DNA of 64,000 bases. It comes from an uncultured delta proteobacterium. GTDB lineage: Bacteria > Myxococcota_A > Polyangia > Polyangiales > Polyangiaceae. Below, one piece after another: positions 38,662 to 49,140 of this stretch (position 1 is its first letter; each line of letters begins with the position of its first letter). A program made the position numbers and the translations under genes. The stretch covers positions 1,696,001 through 1,760,000 of the forward strand of contig CAWKKR010000008.1 of the NCBI GenBank assembly GCA_963850305.1, read 5' to 3'. The notes beneath the pieces were generated by a model. It was not told where the DNA came from, ran no database searches, and saw only the letters and a list, made by a program, of their open reading frames with translations.

Positions 38662-41600
38662 TCAGAGTTCCTCGAGCTCGGGGTGAGTCACCGGCGGAGC
38701 TTTGCGCAGCACGCTGTACATGAGCGGCACGAAGAACAGGGTCGTGATTGTGGCCAGGAGGAGTCCCCCTATGACGGCGCGTCCGAGCGGCGCGTTCTGT
38801 TCACCCCCTTCACCAAGCCCGAGCGACATCGGCAGCATGCCGATGATCATCGCCAGAGCCGTCATCACGACGGGCCGGAGGCGGGTCATGCCTGCGGCGA
38901 GCGAGGCGTGCTTCGCATCCCGGCCGAACCTCCGCTGCTGGTTCGCGAACGTGACGACGAGAATGCTGTTCGCCGTCGCGACGCCGACGCACATGATGGC
39001 TCCCATGAGAGCCGGCACGCTGAGCGTCGTTCTCGTCAAGAAGAGCATCCACGCGATCCCGGCCAGCGCCCCGGGAAGCGCCATGAGGATGATGAAGGGA
39101 TCGAGCCACGACTGGAAGTTCACGACCATCAGCAAGTAAACGAGGATCACGGCAAACACCAGCCCGATGGCGAGACCGCGGAACGAGGATTCCATGCTCT
39201 CCGCCTGACCCTTCACGCGCACGGTGGTGCCGCGGGGAAGCTGCGACTTCATCTCGTCGACGACCCGGTGCACCGCCGTCGAGACGGAACCGAGATCAGT
39301 GCCGTCCACGTTCGCCTGAATGTCGTAGGTTCGCGCGACGTTGTAGTGCGTGATGTTCACGGGCCCGGTAGTGCGCGAGATGGACGCGACGTTCGACAAG
39401 AGCTGCGGCGCGCCCTCCGCGCCCGTCGATAGCGGCGTCGTGTTCAAGGCGTCAATCGATCCGACCTCCCATTGGGGCGTCTGGATCGCGACCAGATACT
39501 GAACGCCGCGCTTCTGATCGAGCCAGTAGCTCGGCGCCACTTGGCTACTCGATGCGAGCGAGACCAGGATGTCGTTCGCGACGTCTTTCTGGGTCATCCC
39601 AAGCTCGGCGGCCATCGTCCGGTTCACGTCTATCGATAGCTCCGGCCCGTCCACCACCTGGGCCAGATGAACGTCCGCAGTGCCGGGGATTTCGCGAACG
39701 CGCGAGACGAGGTCGCGGGCGACTGCGACGGTCTTCGCGTCCTTTCCCACGGCGCCCACGACCTGGACATCCAGCGGCGCCGGCAGTCCGAAGTTGAGCA
39801 CCTGGGTCGAGATGTCCGGGGCCAGGAAGAAGAAGGTCGTTTGCGGGTAGGTTTCGTGCAAAATGGAGCGAAGCCGTCGGACGTACTCCGCGGTCGGTGG
39901 GTGGTGCTCCTTCAGGGCGATGAGAATTTCACCGTCCGCCGACGAGATCAGGGCGCCCTCGCTCAGCGACAGATTGATGCCGCTCGGGGGAACGCCGATA
40001 TTGTCGAGCAGGGTCTCGATCTGCTCCGGGGGAATTACGGTCCGGATCGTATTCTCGATGGCCAGAAACCGATGTTCCGTCTGCTCGATGCGGGTTCCAG
40101 GGGTTCCGCGGACGTGCAACTTGATGAGCCCCGCGTCGACGCTCGGGAAGAAGTCCTCACCGAGCAGCGGATAGAGAAGGCACGACACGCCGACGAACGC
40201 GAGAAACCCGACGGCGAACGCGGCGCGGTGTTCGAGGACCGTGGCCAGCAACGCCCCGTAACTCGAGCGCGCGCGCTCGAAGCGGGCATCGAACGCCGCG
40301 ACGAATCGCTTCCACGCGCCCGGCCGTGCCCGCCGTTCCGGCCGCGCGTGGTGCGCCGACTCCCTCGCGAGCAGCAAGCGGACCAGGGTTGGAACGAGCG
40401 TACGCGACAGAAAGTACGACGTCAGCATCGCGAACACGACGGCCATCGCGAGCGGGACGAACAGCGCTTTGGCGGATCCCGTGATGAACGCGACCGGAAC
40501 GAAGACGATGCAGATGCACAGGGTCGAGACGAACGCGGGGACCGCAATCTCGCTGGCGCCGTCCATGATGGCGCGAACCAGCGGCTTTCGCTTCGCCAGG
40601 TTTCGGTGGATGTTTTCGATCTCGACGGTCGCGTCGTCGACCAGGATGCCGACGGCTAGCGCGAGGCCCCCCAGCGTCATCACGTTGAGAGTCTCCCCGA
40701 AGGCCGCCAGCACGCAGATCGAGACCAGGATCGAGAGCGGGATCGAAATGACGACGATCAGCGTGCTCCTCACGCTACCCAGGAACATCAGGATCATCAA
40801 ACCCGTCAGCCCGGCTGCGGTGAGCGCCTCCTTGACGACGCCGCTGACCGCCGCCCGCACGAACACCGACTGGTCGAACAGCAGCGCCAGCTTGAGCGTC
40901 TTGGGCATTCTCGCGAGAGTCCCCGGAAGCATCGCACGAATTCGCGACACGACGTCGAGGGTGCTCGCGCTCCCGTTCTTGAGGATGCTCATCAGCACCG
41001 AGCGCTTCCCGCCCACGTGCACCATGCTGGTCTGCGGAGCGTAACCGTCGCGTACGTCCGAAACGTCGTGGATATATACGGTCGTGCCGTTCACGGTCCT
41101 GATGGGGATGTTCCCGATTTCGTCGAGCAACTCGGGGCTGCTGTTCATGACGATCGGGTACTCCATGGTCCCCATCTTCGCGGTGCCAGTCGGCAAGATG
41201 AGGTTCTGCAGGTCGAGCGCGTCGTTCACGTCGCGCGGAGACAGACCCCAGGCATAAAGACGCCTGGGATCGATGTCGATCATCATCTGTCGCTGCTTGC
41301 CGCCGTATGGCCACGGGAGTTGCGCGCCCGGGACCGTCGCGAGATCGGCCCGGATGAAGTTCACGCCATAGTCGAACAGCTGTTGTTCGCTGAGGGTGTC
41401 GCTCTCGAGCGCGGCCTGCAGGATCGGGACGTTCGATGCGCTGTAGCGGATCACCAGCGGTGGCGTCGTCCCCGGTGGCATGGAGTGGACCACTGTCTGC
41501 GCGATCGCCGTCACTTGCGCCGTCGCGGCCTCGATCCGTGCACCCGGCTGGAAGAAAATCTTGATGACGGAAATGCCGGTCAGCGACTGGCTCTCGATGT

Positions 41601-41838
41601 GCTCGATGTCGTTGACCGTCGTGGTCAGGGCGCGCTCGAAGTTGGAGACGATCCGGCGTTCCATCTCCTCCGGCGGGAGGCCCGTGTAATGCCATACGAC
41701 CGAGATCACCGGGATCTCGGTGTCGGGAAAGATGTCCGTCGGCATTCGTGTGATGGCGATCACGCCGAGGATGACGATGAGCATCCCCATCACGATGAAC
41801 GTGTACGGGCGCTGCAGCGCGATTCGGACCAGCCACAT
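38662..41838 (-). CDS. RND efflux permease (AcrB/CusA superfamily)
   Basis: MWLVRIALQRP, GILVDDATVEIENI, ANSILVV, RLRPVVMTALA, PLGRAVIGGL. Confidence 0.95.
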   Translation of the reverse strand: MWLVRIALQRPYTFIVMGMLIVILGVIAITRMPTDIFPDTEIPVISVVWHYTGLPPEEMERRIVSNFERALTTTVNDIEHIESQSLTGISVIKIFFQPGARIEAATAQVTAIAQTVVHSMPPGTTPPLVIRYSASNVPILQAALESDTLSEQQLFDYGVNFIRADLATVPGAQLPWPYGGKQRQMMIDIDPRRLYAWGLSPRDVNDALDLQNLILPTGTAKMGTMEYPIVMNSSPELLDEIGNIPIRTVNGTTVYIHDVSDVRDGYAPQTSMVHVGGKRSVLMSILKNGSASTLDVVSRIRAMLPGTLARMPKTLKLALLFDQSVFVRAAVSGVVKEALTAAGLTGLMILMFLGSVRSTLIVVISIPLSILVSICVLAAFGETLNVMTLGGLALAVGILVDDATVEIENIHRNLAKRKPLVRAIMDGASEIAVPAFVSTLCICIVFVPVAFITGSAKALFVPLAMAVVFAMLTSYFLSRTLVPTLVRLLLARESAHHARPERRARPGAWKRFVAAFDARFERARSSYGALLATVLEHRAAFAVGFLAFVGVSCLLYPLLGEDFFPSVDAGLIKLHVRGTPGTRIEQTEHRFLAIENTIRTVIPPEQIETLLDNIGVPPSGINLSLSEGALISSADGEILIALKEHHPPTAEYVRRLRSILHETYPQTTFFFLAPDISTQVLNFGLPAPLDVQVVGAVGKDAKTVAVARDLVSRVREIPGTADVHLAQVVDGPELSIDVNRTMAAELGMTQKDVANDILVSLASSSQVAPSYWLDQKRGVQYLVAIQTPQWEVGSIDALNTTPLSTGAEGAPQLLSNVASISRTTGPVNITHYNVARTYDIQANVDGTDLGSVSTAVHRVVDEMKSQLPRGTTVRVKGQAESMESSFRGLAIGLVFAVILVYLLMVVNFQSWLDPFIILMALPGALAGIAWMLFLTRTTLSVPALMGAIMCVGVATANSILVVTFANQQRRFGRDAKHASLAAGMTRLRPVVMTALAMIIGMLPMSLGLGEGGEQNAPLGRAVIGGLLLATITTLFFVPLMYSVLRKAPPVTHPELEEL

Positions 41839-42084
41839 GTCGCGAAGAATGGCCCGCGACTGGCGGGCCGAAACTCGCAGGCATGTAGGGGCGCAAGCCT
41901 GTGGTGTAAAGCCTCCGCGTGAGGAAGCTCCGCGTCGTTGAAACCCCGTGGAGCGGCGCAGCGCGGCGCTTGACCCGGCAAAGGTGCGCGTGAAGGGCGT
42001 GAAGTCCACGGTTTCTCGGGCTTCTCGCGTCCGGGCGTGTCTGTCCGGCGCGTCTTCGCGAGGCCGGTGCTAGCGTCCCCGCGC

Positions 42085-43206
42085 ATGATCATCGTGATGC
42101 GCGGTGACGTCGGACCGAGCTCCGACGCGGTTCAGGAAGTGCTCCGGCAAGTTGCCAGATACGAGGGTATCGAGACCCAGGTCCGGACCATCCAGGGAGC
42201 GACCCGGAGCCTGACGGAGGTGTATCTCCTCGGTCCCACGGCGACGGTTCCGCGCGAGCCGTTCGAGGAAATCGCCGGAGTCGAAAAGGTCATCCGGATC
42301 CGGGCGAAATACCGGGTCATCGGCCGTCACGAGGGCGAGGCGGAAGCCATCGGGTTCGTATACAACGGCGTCGAGTTCAGTCAGGACACGTTCCACTTGA
42401 TGCCGGGGCTCTGCGCCGTCGACTCTCGCGAGAGCGTGGACGCGACCTTTCGCGTGCTGCGAGATCTCGGCATCGTGACGACGCGCGCTGGCGCGTACAA
42501 GCCGCGCACCAGCCCTTACGAGTTCCAGGGCCATGGCAAGCAATGTCTCCCGTACGTCTTCGAACTCGCCGGCAAGTACGGCGTTCGCGTGATCGCCATG
42601 GAGGTGACGCATGAAGCTCACGTCGACGAGATCTTGCACGCGCTCGAGGCGAGCGGCGACGCGACCGGCGTCATGCTCCAGATAGGCACTCGCAACGCAC
42701 AGAACTTCGAGCTCTTGAAGGCCGTGGGGCAGCAGCCGAAGCTACCGGTTCTCTACAAGCGCGGCATGGGTATCACGCTCGACGAGTCGCTGAACGCTTG
42801 TGAATACATCGCCTCGAGCGGGAACCACCGCATCGTTTTCTGTCTGCGCGGCATGAAGACGAACCTCGGGGACCCGCATCGGAACTTCGTCGACTTCAGT
42901 CATGTGCCGGTCGTCAGACGCCTGACCCGTCTGCCGGTCTGCGTCGATCCGTCGCACGCCGTCGGGAAGCGGTTTGCCGGAAGCGACGGCATAGAGGACA
43001 TTCATCACATGGCCGCCCAGGGTGTGATTGCGGGCGCGAACGCCGTCCTCGTCGACATGCACCCGAACCCATCGCAGGCGCTCTGCGACGGTCCGCAGGC
43101 CCTCCTTCCGCGGGAAGTGGAACATTTCGTCCGTGACATGGAGCTGGTCAGAAGGGCCTACATCGATCGCGTCGAGCTACGACGGCGGATGTTCGGCGAA
43201 AGCTGA
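42085..43206 (+). CDS. aroF: DAHP synthase type I-beta with N-terminal regulatory domain
   Basis: GAYKPRTSPYEFQG, QIGTRNAQNFELL, KRGMG, VDPSHAVG, HPNPSQALCDG. Confidence 0.88.
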   Translation: MIIVMRGDVGPSSDAVQEVLRQVARYEGIETQVRTIQGATRSLTEVYLLGPTATVPREPFEEIAGVEKVIRIRAKYRVIGRHEGEAEAIGFVYNGVEFSQDTFHLMPGLCAVDSRESVDATFRVLRDLGIVTTRAGAYKPRTSPYEFQGHGKQCLPYVFELAGKYGVRVIAMEVTHEAHVDEILHALEASGDATGVMLQIGTRNAQNFELLKAVGQQPKLPVLYKRGMGITLDESLNACEYIASSGNHRIVFCLRGMKTNLGDPHRNFVDFSHVPVVRRLTRLPVCVDPSHAVGKRFAGSDGIEDIHHMAAQGVIAGANAVLVDMHPNPSQALCDGPQALLPREVEHFVRDMELVRRAYIDRVELRRRMFGES

Positions 43207-43341
43207 CGTCGCGCCGGAACCCGGCGCCGCTTGCCGGTGTCTCATCCTGAAGCTCGAGCACCTCGAACCGGCACCACCGGCGCGCTCTCGGTGTTCGTCG
43301 CCGTCCCATGAACGTTCGCTTCCGGGCTAACGTGGAGTTTC

Positions 43342-43941
43342 GTGTCCGATCCTGACGAGCAGAGGTTCATCGGGCGGCTCGTCGCGCGGGACGAGCGCGC
43401 CTTCAACGAGCTCGTGGAGCTCTACGAGGAGCGCGTCTACCGCCTCATGTTCCGGATGCTCGGTCGCAAGGACGAAGCGGAAGACATGGCTCAAGAGACG
43501 TTCGTGCAGGTATTCAAATCGATCGACCGGTTCCGGGGCGACGCCAAGCTCGGAACGTGGATCTACCGGGTCGCGGTCAACCTCTGCAAGAATCGAAGCA
43601 AGTACCTCTCGCGCCGTCACGCGAACGTCGAGGACGAGCTCGAACCCCTCGCCGAGCGCGCCGCGCTCGGTGAAGCCAGGGGAGTGACGTCGTCCGAGCT
43701 CGCGGGGCCGGATCAGATCGTGGAAGGATATCAGACGGAGGCGATCGTGAAGCGTGCGATCCTCGAGCTCGACAGCGAGTTTCGGGAAGTGCTCGTCCTC
43801 CGCGATGTCGAGGATCTCACGTACGATGAGATTGCGGAGATCACCGGGCTCGCGGAGGGAACGGTGAAGAGCCGCTTGCACCGCGCTCGGTCGATGCTCA
43901 AAGAAAAAGTGGAGAGCGTGCTCGGGGAGAAGATCGGATGA
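43342..43941 (+). CDS. ECF sigma-70 factor (RpoE-like)
   Basis: AFNELV, AEDMAQETF, TWIYRVAVN, YDEIAEITG..EGTVKSRLHRAR. Confidence 0.93.
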   Translation: MSDPDEQRFIGRLVARDERAFNELVELYEERVYRLMFRMLGRKDEAEDMAQETFVQVFKSIDRFRGDAKLGTWIYRVAVNLCKNRSKYLSRRHANVEDELEPLAERAALGEARGVTSSELAGPDQIVEGYQTEAIVKRAILELDSEFREVLVLRDVEDLTYDEIAEITGLAEGTVKSRLHRARSMLKEKVESVLGEKIG

Positions 43942-44272
43942 CCGAGAAGAACCAGATCCCGTCGCGGCCGAGTCCGAAGAGTCGGACGTCGGTGTGCGCG
44001 ACTGGCTGAAGGACGCTCTCCCTGAGGAACCCGCGCGAGTGGACGTCCTTGCAGGTGTGCAAAAGAAGCTGCGCGAGCGGAGTGGCGGCAAATTCTACGC
44101 GGACGGCTGGAGCACGGCCCGTGAATCCCCCACGCTCACCTTCCTGGCGACGAGCGCGCTGATGCTGGTCGTCGTGGCACTCACGTACGCCGTGCTCGCG
44201 CCTCTGCGAGGCGTCGCGGAGAGCGTCTCGACCGAGCCCGCTCCCGTTCGTGTCATGGCGCCGCCGCGCTGA
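43938..44272 (+). CDS. Small single-TM protein, putative anti-sigma partner; possible 1-bp deletion near 43955, otherwise starts at GTG 43994
   Basis: ATGA overlap with the sigma stop and GGGGAG RBS; the downstream frame encodes DVLAGVQKKLRERSGGKFYADGWS and a TM helix. Confidence 0.6.
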
Positions 44273-44366
44273 GGACGCCTCGGCCACGCGCCCTCGACCC
44301 CGATCGAACCCCGCGTTAACGCCTTAGATCGTTGGATGGGTGGTGGCCGGATGGTAGGGGACGCTG

Positions 44367-46571
44367 ATGCGCCGGACGCTGCAGTTCATCCTGGTGCTTC
44401 TCGTTGGGCTCGGTGTGCTCGCGTGCGCAGGCTACGCCGTGCTCGTGAGCACCACGACGCAATGGTTCAAGGCGGACCTGGCGCTTCGCTCCCGCCTTGC
44501 CGTGGAAGCGGCGCGCGAAAGCCTGTCGAGTCACTGGTCGACGGATCCCACCGGTCTCGCGACCATCCTGGCCGATATCACGCTGGATGAACGCATCATG
44601 GGTGCCGCGGCGTGTTCGTCGGCGGGCAAGATGCTCGCGGCCACGCAGTCGTTTCCCGTCGAGTTCAAGTGCCCGTCCGTGTTTGCGCGGATGAAACGTG
44701 AAGCGCCGCACGAAGCCACGTGGTCGATGACGAGCGAGCTGCCTTCGGGGCCGGTTCAACTCAGCGCCACGTGGCTCGACGCCGATTCCGGAAGAATCGG
44801 TGCGATCCTCCTCGTGCACGACCTCAGCTATCTCACGCGCCGGGAAGCCACCGCGCGCAACCTCCTTCTCGTCGGATTCTTCGTGCTTTCAATCGGGGCT
44901 TCTCTCGTGACGGCGCTCGCGGCTCATTTCGCGCGTCGAGGCTGGATGACCGATCTGCGTCGCGCGCTGACCGGAGAGGCAAGCATGGAATTTCATCCAC
45001 TCGCGCGCGACGTCCGCGCCCTGGCGGAGCAACTCGCATCCGAGCGGCAGCAAGAGGCCGGCGTCGGGCTCTGGACACCCGGTCGTCTACACTCGATTTT
45101 GACCCAGTACGCCGGCGGTGAACGGATTGTCATCCTTGCGAATCGAGAGCCGTACATCCACGAGAAGAAGGACGGAGAGGTTCGCGTTCTGCATCCGGCG
45201 AGTGGACTGGTCACCGCTCTGGAACCGGTGATGCGCGCTTGTTCGGGCGTATGGGTCTCGCACGGGAGCGGCTCCGCGGACCGGGAGACGGTGGACTCGC
45301 ACGATCGGATCCTGGTGCCGCCCGGAGAGGAGTCATATTCCCTCCGCCGCGTGTGGCTCACGGACGCCGAGGAGTATGGCTACTACTACGGACTCTCGAA
45401 CGAGGGGCTCTGGCCGCTCTGCCACGTGGCTCACGCCAGGCCGATCTTCCGCAACGAAGACTGGGAGCACTATGTCCGCGTCAACCAGAAATTCGCCGAT
45501 GCCGTGTGCGAGGAGGTGGACACCGACGATCCGATCGTTCTCGTCCAGGATTATCACTTCGCACTCGCCCCGAAGATGATCCGGGAGCGTCTGCCACGCG
45601 CGACCGTCATCACCTTCTGGCACATCCCGTGGCCGAACGCCGAACGCATCGGTATCTGCCCCTGGCGCGACGAGCTCATCTCCGGTCTCCTTGGTTCGAG
45701 CGTCGTCGGCTTTCACACCCAGCAACACTGCAACAACTTCATCGATTCCGTGGACGCGTTCATGGAGAGTCGCATCGATCGCGAGCAGGCAGCGATCATT
45801 CAGGGGAAGCGGCGCACCCTGGTTCGGCCGTATCCCATCTCGATCGAGTGGCCCGTCCACTGGCTTGCCAACGTCGCCCCCGGGCCGCAAGCGCGCGCGG
45901 AAGTGCGCGCCGAGCTGGGCCTCTCACCCGACGCACTTCTCGGGGTAGGTGTCGATCGTCTGGACTACACCAAGGGTATCGAGGAGCGCCTCGCGGCCGT
46001 CGACGAGCTTCTCACCCGGTACCCGGAGTACAGGGGCAAATTCACCTTCATCCAGCTCGCCGCTCCGAGCAGGACCAAGATCCCGCGCTACCGGGAGCTG
46101 AACGAACGGGTCGAAACGTTGACCCGCGACATCAACGCGAAGTGGTCGACGGCGAGCTATCGCCCCGTCGTGTTGCTTCTCTCGCACCACGAGCCCGTGG
46201 ACGTTTTCCGGTACTTCCGGGCCGCGGAGCTTTGCTACGTGAGCAGCCTCCATGACGGCATGAACCTCGTTGCGAAGGAATTCGTGGCGGCGCGCGAAGA
46301 CGAGCTCGGCGTTCTCGTCCTCAGTCAGTTCACCGGCGCGGCGCGCGACCTGACCGAGGCGCTCATCGTGAACCCCTACGACCTCCGCCAGGCAAGCGAC
46401 GCACTCGCTGCCGCGCTCCGGATGTCGGAGACCGAACAGCGAGAGCGCATGCGGTCGATGCGTCGACTCCTCTCCGAGTTCAACGTCTATCGATGGGCGG
46501 GCAGGATGCTCGTCGATGCCGCGGAGCTTCGACGGCGCGAAAGACTGATCGGTCGATTTCGTTCGTCCTGA
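44367..46571 (+). CDS. otsA: Trehalose-6-phosphate synthase (GT20) with N-terminal TM-extracytoplasmic-TM extension
   Basis: LANREP, SGLVTAL, YYYGLSNEGLWPLCH, QDYH, FWHIPWP, GVDRLDYTKG, DGMNLVAKE. Confidence 0.9.
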   Translation: MRRTLQFILVLLVGLGVLACAGYAVLVSTTTQWFKADLALRSRLAVEAARESLSSHWSTDPTGLATILADITLDERIMGAAACSSAGKMLAATQSFPVEFKCPSVFARMKREAPHEATWSMTSELPSGPVQLSATWLDADSGRIGAILLVHDLSYLTRREATARNLLLVGFFVLSIGASLVTALAAHFARRGWMTDLRRALTGEASMEFHPLARDVRALAEQLASERQQEAGVGLWTPGRLHSILTQYAGGERIVILANREPYIHEKKDGEVRVLHPASGLVTALEPVMRACSGVWVSHGSGSADRETVDSHDRILVPPGEESYSLRRVWLTDAEEYGYYYGLSNEGLWPLCHVAHARPIFRNEDWEHYVRVNQKFADAVCEEVDTDDPIVLVQDYHFALAPKMIRERLPRATVITFWHIPWPNAERIGICPWRDELISGLLGSSVVGFHTQQHCNNFIDSVDAFMESRIDREQAAIIQGKRRTLVRPYPISIEWPVHWLANVAPGPQARAEVRAELGLSPDALLGVGVDRLDYTKGIEERLAAVDELLTRYPEYRGKFTFIQLAAPSRTKIPRYRELNERVETLTRDINAKWSTASYRPVVLLLSHHEPVDVFRYFRAAELCYVSSLHDGMNLVAKEFVAAREDELGVLVLSQFTGAARDLTEALIVNPYDLRQASDALAAALRMSETEQRERMRSMRRLLSEFNVYRWAGRMLVDAAELRRRERLIGRFRSS

Positions 46572-46602
46572 GGCCCTCGACCACCTGCGATCGCCGTCCC
46601 CG

Positions 46603-48120
46603 TCACCGACGGAAGGGCGATCGTCCAGGGATGCGCATCGGCATTGCAGGCCGGAAGCGCGCAGGCGCCGTCGGTAGCGGAGGACGCGGCGGCGGTGCTC
46701 GCCGTGCCGTCGGTGGCGTGGGCTTGTTCGGATAGAGGGTGATGGAATGTCGAACCCGGATCGGGAGAAACCGGCGCGTCTCGAGCGTTCCGGTGAAGGC
46801 ATTCAATCCGACGTCCGAGCCGTTCTCCGCGCTCTCGAAGGTCGCGCCCACCAGATAGATGCCCCGTCCTGCGAAGGTCCCGCGCGGACACAGCTCCACC
46901 AGACGACTGACCAGCGTCAGCGTTCCGTGGGGACGCAGCGTCGTATACGCCCCCCGCGTCGGGTCACGCGGCTCGTCATCCGCAGTGCACGTGACGGTTC
47001 CCTGTTCGCCCACGACATCGAACGAAAGCAGATCGCGCCGCACGTACGCAACCATGCGCCTCCCCGTCGGGTTCCGGAGACGCACGGACGCCGTCACGGC
47101 GCGCGCATTCGTTGCGTCCGAGCCTCGCACCATCTCGAATACCGGGGTCACGCGCGGCGGCGGATCCGGTGAACGCAGCTCGACGAACTCCGGCGCGTTC
47201 GTCGCGTCGAGCGTGATCGCGTCCGCTTCGAGGCGCCGCATCGCGGGACCAACTCCACTTCCCGTCGGTCGCGCGAGGATCGCCCCTCCTCCATGCGTAC
47301 CGTTCGAGCCGAGCACCGCCGTCACGCTGGAGCCCGCGACCAGGGCCTTTCTGACCGACGGCGCGAAGCAATAGAAGCGCGGATCGAAGTGACGAACGAG
47401 ACTGCCTTCGGGTTCGATGATCGTCCAGATCCACGGTGCGGACGGATCCGGCCTCGTGTCTCGCGGGAGCCGGCAGGTCGCCAGCTTGCCACCAGGCGTT
47501 CGCACCTCGAGCGAGAGCAACCGCAGATCACCGACAAGCTGATACGGCACCTGGCTCCGATTCTCGAACCGAAGCTCCCAATCCCCCGTTCGGTCTCTTG
47601 CCGATAGTTTGATTAGCAAAGGGGGCCTTGCCCCCGCGGCTCGCTTCGCGCCCGCTCCCCCGCCGCCTTCGGCGGGCTCGCTCCGCTCGTTAGGTAAAGG
47701 GGGCCTTGCCCCCGCGGCTCGCTTCGCGCCCGCTCCCCCGCCGCCTTCGGCGGGCTCGCTCCGCTCGTTAGGTAAAGGGGGCCTTGCCCCCGCGGCTCGC
47801 TTCGCGCCCGCTCCCCCGCCGCCTTCGGCGGGCTCGCTCCGCTCGTTAGGTAAAGGGGGCCTTGCCCCCGCGGCTCGCTTCGCGACCGCTCCCCCGCCGC
47901 CTTCGGCGGGCTCGCTCCGCTCGTGGAGTTCCGCACGTCTTTGATCCCTCTGGGACGACGCTGCTCGTCGATGCGGAACTACTAGGAAAGGGGGGCCTTG
48001 CCCCGCCGAAGACGTGTGCGCGGCAGACGAGTGGGCGATCGAACCGGTCGCGAGAAAGAACAGCGCGGCGCGTACGAACGGAGCAAGTAGGTAGCGAAGA
48101 ATCGGGGGGACGGTCATCAC
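46603..48120 (-). CDS. Hypothetical secreted protein carrying 4 in-frame 26-aa repeats derived from a palindromic DNA repeat
   Basis: Signal-peptide-like N-terminus; (ERSEPAEGGGGAGAKRAAGARPPLP)x4; globular C-terminal part with paired Cys. Confidence 0.6.
   Translation of the reverse strand: MMTVPPILRYLLAPFVRAALFFLATGSIAHSSAAHTSSAGQGPPFLVVPHRRAASSQRDQRRAELHERSEPAEGGGGAVAKRAAGARPPLPNERSEPAEGGGGAGAKRAAGARPPLPNERSEPAEGGGGAGAKRAAGARPPLPNERSEPAEGGGGAGAKRAAGARPPLLIKLSARDRTGDWELRFENRSQVPYQLVGDLRLLSLEVRTPGGKLATCRLPRDTRPDPSAPWIWTIIEPEGSLVRHFDPRFYCFAPSVRKALVAGSSVTAVLGSNGTHGGGAILARPTGSGVGPAMRRLEADAITLDATNAPEFVELRSPDPPPRVTPVFEMVRGSDATNARAVTASVRLRNPTGRRMVAYVRRDLLSFDVVGEQGTVTCTADDEPRDPTRGAYTTLRPHGTLTLVSRLVELCPRGTFAGRGIYLVGATFESAENGSDVGLNAFTGTLETRRFLPIRVRHSITLYPNKPTPPTARRAPPPRPPLPTAPARFRPAMPMRIPGRSPFRR
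47618..47924. repeat. Four tandem 78-bp REP-like palindromic units, plus a partial copy at 47987-48004
   Basis: Units start at 47618, 47696, 47774, 47852 (AAAGGGGGCCTTGCCCCCGCGGCTCGCTTCGCG...); each has hairpins GGGGGC-CTT-GCCCCC and CCGCC-TTC-GGCGG. Confidence 0.95.
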
Positions 48121-48244
48121 GGAAGCTCGCGCAGCATGCTAGCGCGAAAGCTCCAGCGCGCCGCGCATTCGCGGCACGAATCGGTCGAGGCCCGCACAGT
48201 TGCGTGACGCGTCGAGAAGCATCCGTGGGCGGGTGCCATGCCAT

Positions 48245-48433
48245 GCTGATCAGCTGGCGGCCATCCGTTCGCTCGTCGAAGCGCGTTCCACGAAGAGTGT
48301 GTCCGCTTTCGTGCAGCACGCCGTCGCGGTCTCCCTCAACGACGTCGCCGGGTGGGGCGAGGCTCTCGCGTCCGCACTCGAGCAGACGGGGGGACCAATC
48401 ACGAACGCCTGGATCCGTCGGCGTCAGTCGTGA
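48245..48433 (+). pseudogene. Remnant of an RHH/VapB-like antitoxin
   Basis: DQLAAIRSLVEARSTKSVSAFVQHAV...ALEQTGGPIT resembles VapB-type antitoxins (SVSAYV...ETGGPLT); no convincing start and no toxin follows. Confidence 0.5.
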
Positions 48434-48505
48434 AGATCTGACGCGCCTGGCGCCGGGTTGCCACGCGTGCCCGGAGGGCTTCCGCCAGAGTCGGTCGCTC
48501 ACCCT

Positions 48506-48813
48506 CACCGAGGTGATCAGGTTCACCCACCGAGGCGATCAGCTTGACCCACCGAGGTGATCAGCTTGACCCACCGAGGTGATCAGCTTGACCCACCGAG
48601 GTGATCAGCTTGACCCACCGAGGTGATCAGCTTGACCCACCGAGGTGATCAGGTTCACCCACCGAGGTGATCAGGTTCACCCACCGAGGTGATCAGGTTC
48701 ACCCACCGAGGTGATCAGGTTCACCCACCGAGGTGATCGGCTTCACCCACCGAGGTGATCAGGTTCACCCACCGAGGGGAACGTGTTCACCCACCGAGGG
48801 GAGCTCGTTACCC
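48506..48813. repeat. Tandem array of 14 x 22-bp units, consensus CACCGAGGTGATCAG(G/C)TT(C/G)ACC
   Basis: ACCGAGG recurs exactly every 22 bp from 48507 to 48793; no spacers; last two units diverged. Confidence 0.97.
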
Positions 48814-49140
48814 CGGCTCTCATCCCCGACCGAGACGCTCCCTCGGGATTTATTCCCGCGTGAGAGAAAAAAAAGGACGAATCTCACTGTCTCTCTCGTG
48901 CACCGCGATCGCATGATCATGCGTAGTGTGTTCGTCGTCTGTCGGGCCGGCGCGCCGCGAGTGTCGTTGAATCGGCACATGTGAATGCAGTTCAACACCA
49001 ACCCGTGGGCCTAAACTCGAATCGGAGCGGCAAATTCGGATCGGAACGGTCGATGCAAGGGGCGCCGTCGGTCGGAACGTGATGCCTGCTGTGGGCACCA
49101 CGACACAAAGACAGCCGATCGAATCGATGAAGGAATCATC

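Noticed and set aside
37414..41838. RND pump as a dedicated exporter of the PKS product
   Set aside because: Separate convergent operon outside the locus; nothing but proximity supports a link
47618..47924. CRISPR array or tRNA cluster
   Set aside because: Whole 78-bp units are near-identical (no spacers) and lack tRNA T-loop/D-loop and CCA features
48506..48813. CRISPR array
   Set aside because: Units are contiguous 22-mers with no unique spacers, and no cas genes are in the window
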